Source: an uncultured Oligoflexus sp.
Lineage (GTDB): Bacteria > Bdellovibrionota_B > Oligoflexia > Oligoflexales > Oligoflexaceae
Direction: 5' to 3'
NCBI GenBank assembly: GCA_964236955.1
Contig: CAXSGP010000131.1
Location: 1 to 10,636, forward strand
Length of the DNA: 10,636 nt
The position numbers and the translations under genes are program-made. The notes beneath the pieces are model-generated. The model was not told the DNA's origin and ran no database searches. It saw only the letters and a list, made by a program, of their open reading frames with translations. Shown piece by piece: positions 7,386-10,636 of the stretch. Position 1 is the stretch's first letter. Each line of letters opens with the position of its first letter.

Positions 7386-8142
7386 TTATCACCTTCAGTG
7401 CAAATCCTCGGCTTCTTATGCCATGCACTACGACGGTCACTGTTTGATTGCCTCGTTCCTTGATCTTCCACTTGGTTGCCGATGCCCGGCGATTGGAAAC
7501 CTCCCCCGAACTTACGAACCAGCCGATCTTCAATGATTCCGCATTGGTGTTCTCAATCGATGCAGCAAGGTCCACGTCATCCGCAATGGGAAAGCTTGAG
7601 CCTTCGGTCATCGACGTGATATCGAGTTTGGGGTTGGCCCAGTTTGTTTCCGGCGCGCCTTCGGGAAATACCGCGATATTAGCGATAACATCTTCGTGAA
7701 CGCCCGCGGATTCAATCGTCAAGCCATAGCGGATCTGCCCGCCACTGAATAGGGGGCCGTGCGAAAGGGCGGCGAGGAGCGGGATTTTCACATTGGCCTG
7801 GGCGCTAAAGAGACGAAATTTATTGTAGTCGACATAGGTCTCGCTGCCGGCAATCACAGTGATATCAGAGGCCGGAATCATGACCGCCCCAGCGGGGTTG
7901 CCGGTGTCGGCAAAGGGAAGAATCGTCGCCGTCTGCCCTAAGGGAACCGAAGCATAGATCGTGATGCGGGCAAATTTTGGATTGCCCGGATCCAGAGTAG
8001 GTGTCGCTACCAGGGGCTCGGAACTCATTCCAAAGCTCCGAAGGGAGATGACCTGCTCCTGTCGATCCGTGTCGTCGGAACAGGCGAAGGGGCTAAGGCA
8101 AAGCATAAGGGTGAGAATTTGCGAAGGGACTGAGCGCATCAT
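7369..8142 (-). CDS. Hypothetical predicted lipoprotein co-encoded with the TonB-dependent receptor (257 aa)
   Basis: Signal peptide MMRSVPSQILTLMLCLSPFA-C21 with an atypical lipobox, followed by an acidic tether SDDTD. The mature region is beta-rich with an Ig/PKD-like C-terminus. It overlaps the receptor stop by ATGA and tonB by 17 nt. Confidence 0.8.
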   Translation of the reverse strand: MMRSVPSQILTLMLCLSPFACSDDTDRQEQVISLRSFGMSSEPLVATPTLDPGNPKFARITIYASVPLGQTATILPFADTGNPAGAVMIPASDITVIAGSETYVDYNKFRLFSAQANVKIPLLAALSHGPLFSGGQIRYGLTIESAGVHEDVIANIAVFPEGAPETNWANPKLDITSMTEGSSFPIADDVDLAASIENTNAESLKIGWFVSSGEVSNRRASATKWKIKERGNQTVTVVVHGIRSRGFALKVINVTGI

Positions 8143-10469
8143 AATTCTCCTTTGACTTCGATAAAGGGTATAGTCGTTAAAGATTTTGAATCGACGGTTT
8201 TGGTGAAATTATAATTGTATTCGACGCTGCTCACCTGAGGCTTGTACCAATACTGCTCGACGCCGAAGCGCAAAGCCAGCTTCCAGGTATCGTACAAAAT
8301 ATCCCGGGTGAAATAGGCAGTAATCGAGTTTGATGCCGGGACTCGACCCTTGTTGATATCAGATTCCTCGGGCCGCGCCTGGTACTTATCAAGATTGGAG
8401 TTGAAGACCGAATGGCTAATCGTATCGTAGGTCCCACCGGTATGGTGATCATAGCGGCCACCGATATCCCATAGGCCGGTCAAGCGATAGTCCCCAACTA
8501 CCGTCAGCACGTGGGTCTGATCATAGGTTGCCGTGCGCCAGGCCTCGGTCTTGGAAGGGCGTTCTTCGGTTTTAGAATAGGTATAGGATAACCAACCAAA
8601 GAGCCGGCCAGTGAGATTGCGCCTTATCATGATCTCGAGGCCCTTACTGTGCATATCCCCTTTATTTGCATAGTTCCTGTCGCTATCGCTTTCGACAAGC
8701 TGATGGCCAGTTTTAGAGTAGACCGAGACTTCGGTGGTCCAGGCTTCGTTCCATTTGCTGTCGACCCCGAGGACGTAGTGGTACGACTTGATAAAATGGA
8801 GATCAGGATTGCCACTTTCAGGAGCGGCCTGGGCAGGTTGTGGACTCTCCGAATATTGCCCGGCTGCGGCTTTCAAAGTATTGGCTTCCGTCAGGGCATA
8901 GCGCGTGCGAATCCTCGGATCCGCAACGGTTTCCTTTATTTGTCCGTTATGCGTCACCCGCAGCCCCGGTGTCACAACCAAGGAACCCAAGACACTGTCC
9001 ACCGAAGCCCAGCCGGCGAGACTTGAATATTTTTCAACGTCATCGCTTTTCTCAAGCGGGGCGTCCTCTATGTCAAAGGTAGGATCGTCGAACTGGAATT
9101 TTGGGGCAAAGCGGCTGCTATTGGCAATCGTGTAGTCGGGATCGAAACCGAGATAGAGGTTTTCCTCCTTGCCGAGGCGGCGGGTGAATTGGGTTGGAAC
9201 ACGAAGTTTGATAACCGAACTATCGGAGTTGATTTCGCCGATCTTGGCTGTGCTGCGGTAGTAGTAGATTTGGGGTGTCGTGACATACTTCCAGTCCTTA
9301 TCGAGTCTTTGGGCTCGTTCGACGCCAAAGTCCAGAAATTTGGTGTAGAAGTGAACATCAGTATGACCATCTGTTCCGGAATAGAAGCCGACGGGAATCA
9401 GGGCCTTCGTTCCGTCCAGCGCTCCTAAGAGCGTTACTTTAAAGTATCCGTCTTCGGTTTTCTTAAGATACTGCACATCGCCGTCACTGAAGTAGGGTGA
9501 TAGAGTAACGCTTGCGCTTTTATCATTTTTGGTTCGGGCATCAATGAATTTTTGGATAAAGAAGTCAATATAACTGCGCCGGGCACCAACCGTTAACGAT
9601 GACGATTCGGACAGGGGTGCTGTGTAGAGAAAACCCGAGTAGAAGGGAATATTGGTAACAAAGCTGGTCCGGGGTCGCTCAGGAATTTCATTCTTGGTCC
9701 TTAGGGTAATGATCCCGCCCGTCGCATCCCCGTGTTCCGTGCCAAATCCGGCACTTTCAAAATCGACGGAATCGAGCAGATCTCCAGGAATGACCGATAG
9801 GTTGCCTATGGCGTGAAATATAAACGGAACCTCAAGGTCATCGACAAAGTATCGGGAATCGTGAGGCCCTGAACCCTGGACAATGATTTGGCTGCCGCCA
9901 CCGCCAGGCCCACCACCGCCCCGCCCGCCGGCCCCACGACCGGCAGCATGAACTCCGGGCAGCAGTTTAACAATCTGGGCCGGGTCCCCGCCGGGTGCGA
10001 TTTTTGCAGCTTCTTCGATTGAGACTGATTTGCGTGAAACAGCACTGTTTCGTTTGCCCTGAACAAGGATTACAGTGTCATCCGGTGTGCCGGGATAGAG
10101 GTGAACGCCAAATTCACCATTTGGTCTCAGATCAGCAAATTTGATCTCCAATCTCTCAAAGCCCTTACGAACAACCGTCACAATTCCGTTGCCTTGATCG
10201 GGGACCTTGATCTTGACTCTTCCTTCAGCATCGGAGTAGAGGGTTTCTCCGTTAATCTTTACTTCAGCTTTGCCGACGGGAAGCCCATTGCCCTTGGCCG
10301 TTATTTTAAGCGTGACACCATCCGTTTTTGCTTCAACGGCGACGGTTTCGTGGGGTGGATGCTCGGCTTGAACTTGCGATAATCCCATGGCAGTGGAAAG
10401 AAACTGCCCCAAGAATCCACCATAAAGCGCGAGAGTATTAAAAGGCATTCTCTGGCTTCTAGAATTCAT
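8139..10469 (-). CDS. TonB-dependent outer-membrane receptor with an N-terminal carboxypeptidase-regulatory-like domain (776 aa)
   Basis: Signal peptide; N-terminal domain (GLPVGKAEVKING...SDAEG); TonB-box-like DTVILVQG; plug motifs GDPAQIVKLLPGV, IIVQGS and GFGTEHGDATGGIITL; barrel motifs VTPGLR, DPRIRTRY, GNPDL, GWLSYTYSK and YDQTHVL; terminal beta-strand PFIEVKGEL. Confidence 0.92.
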   Translation of the reverse strand: MNSRSQRMPFNTLALYGGFLGQFLSTAMGLSQVQAEHPPHETVAVEAKTDGVTLKITAKGNGLPVGKAEVKINGETLYSDAEGRVKIKVPDQGNGIVTVVRKGFERLEIKFADLRPNGEFGVHLYPGTPDDTVILVQGKRNSAVSRKSVSIEEAAKIAPGGDPAQIVKLLPGVHAAGRGAGGRGGGGPGGGGSQIIVQGSGPHDSRYFVDDLEVPFIFHAIGNLSVIPGDLLDSVDFESAGFGTEHGDATGGIITLRTKNEIPERPRTSFVTNIPFYSGFLYTAPLSESSSLTVGARRSYIDFFIQKFIDARTKNDKSASVTLSPYFSDGDVQYLKKTEDGYFKVTLLGALDGTKALIPVGFYSGTDGHTDVHFYTKFLDFGVERAQRLDKDWKYVTTPQIYYYRSTAKIGEINSDSSVIKLRVPTQFTRRLGKEENLYLGFDPDYTIANSSRFAPKFQFDDPTFDIEDAPLEKSDDVEKYSSLAGWASVDSVLGSLVVTPGLRVTHNGQIKETVADPRIRTRYALTEANTLKAAAGQYSESPQPAQAAPESGNPDLHFIKSYHYVLGVDSKWNEAWTTEVSVYSKTGHQLVESDSDRNYANKGDMHSKGLEIMIRRNLTGRLFGWLSYTYSKTEERPSKTEAWRTATYDQTHVLTVVGDYRLTGLWDIGGRYDHHTGGTYDTISHSVFNSNLDKYQARPEESDINKGRVPASNSITAYFTRDILYDTWKLALRFGVEQYWYKPQVSSVEYNYNFTKTVDSKSLTTIPFIEVKGEL
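9894..9941 (-). repeat. Low-complexity GGN-rich segment encoding GRGAGGRGGGGPGGGG in the receptor plug
   Basis: 12 of 16 codons are Gly, and the segment is much more GC-rich than the rest of the gene. Confidence 0.85.
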
Positions 10470-10635
10470 CGGATCGACCTTTCCCTACGTCGTCTTTTAA
10501 TATGGATCCCACTCTCAACCCTTCCGTCTGCTCGGAGCGCATCGAAACGATACAATGCAAAATCTTGCGATATCGCTGGTTCGGCCGCAATACCGGGAGC
10601 CTTTGCTCCCAAGTAATGGACGATTCACTTATTGG
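10459..10635 (-). CDS. Possible 3' end of an upstream gene running off the window
   Basis: One minus frame is open from the window edge (PISESSITWEQRLPVLR...GKGRSDEF*) and stops at 10459-10461, overlapping the receptor start by 11 nt as other genes in this operon do. It has no recognisable motif. Confidence 0.3.
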   Translation of the reverse strand, partial: PISESSITWEQRLPVLRPNQRYRKILHCIVSMRSEQTEGLRVGSILKDDVGKGRSDEF

Positions 10636-10636
10636 C

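Noticed and set aside
179..10382. Remaining short antisense or alternate-frame ORFs in the track (e.g. 327-767, 2766-3176, 4115-4531, 4696-5112, 8649-9026)
   Set aside because: They lie mostly or wholly within well-supported genes and carry no recognisable motifs.
10585..10636. c-di-GMP-I riboswitch resemblance (minus strand GGGAGCAAAGGCTCCCGG)
   Set aside because: It lacks the GCAAAC-stem-GNRA P2 hairpin and tetraloop receptor, and the segment forms its own simple hairpin instead.
1..10636. CRISPR arrays, IS/transposases, integrases, tRNA/rRNA, defence or toxin-antitoxin genes
   Set aside because: I saw no regularly spaced repeats, terminal inverted repeats, cloverleaf structures or diagnostic protein motifs.

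Overview
Bacterial chromosomal window with housekeeping and accessory metabolism genes. I found no mobile element, CRISPR array, rRNA or tRNA. The + strand carries an intrinsic terminator, then a translationally coupled three-gene operon (type I Baeyer-Villiger/flavin monooxygenase, HSL-family esterase, SDR dehydrogenase) closed by a clear terminator, a stand-alone PilZ-domain protein, and an isolated corrinoid adenosyltransferase (cobO/btuR). The - strand carries a coupled operon of a TonB-dependent receptor, an uncharacterised predicted lipoprotein and a TonB energy transducer, followed after a structured 236-nt spacer by a patatin-like phospholipase that converges on cobO. The gene styles suggest a Bdellovibrionota/Oligoflexia- or Myxococcota-like host, which is inference only. 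The sequence alone does not demonstrate a new system. The best leads are the receptor-lipoprotein-TonB(-patatin) uptake module of unknown substrate, a G-U-rich hairpin that folds better on the antisense strand between tonB and patatin, and a Gly/Arg-rich stretch in the receptor plug whose mRNA contains a canonical G-quadruplex motif.
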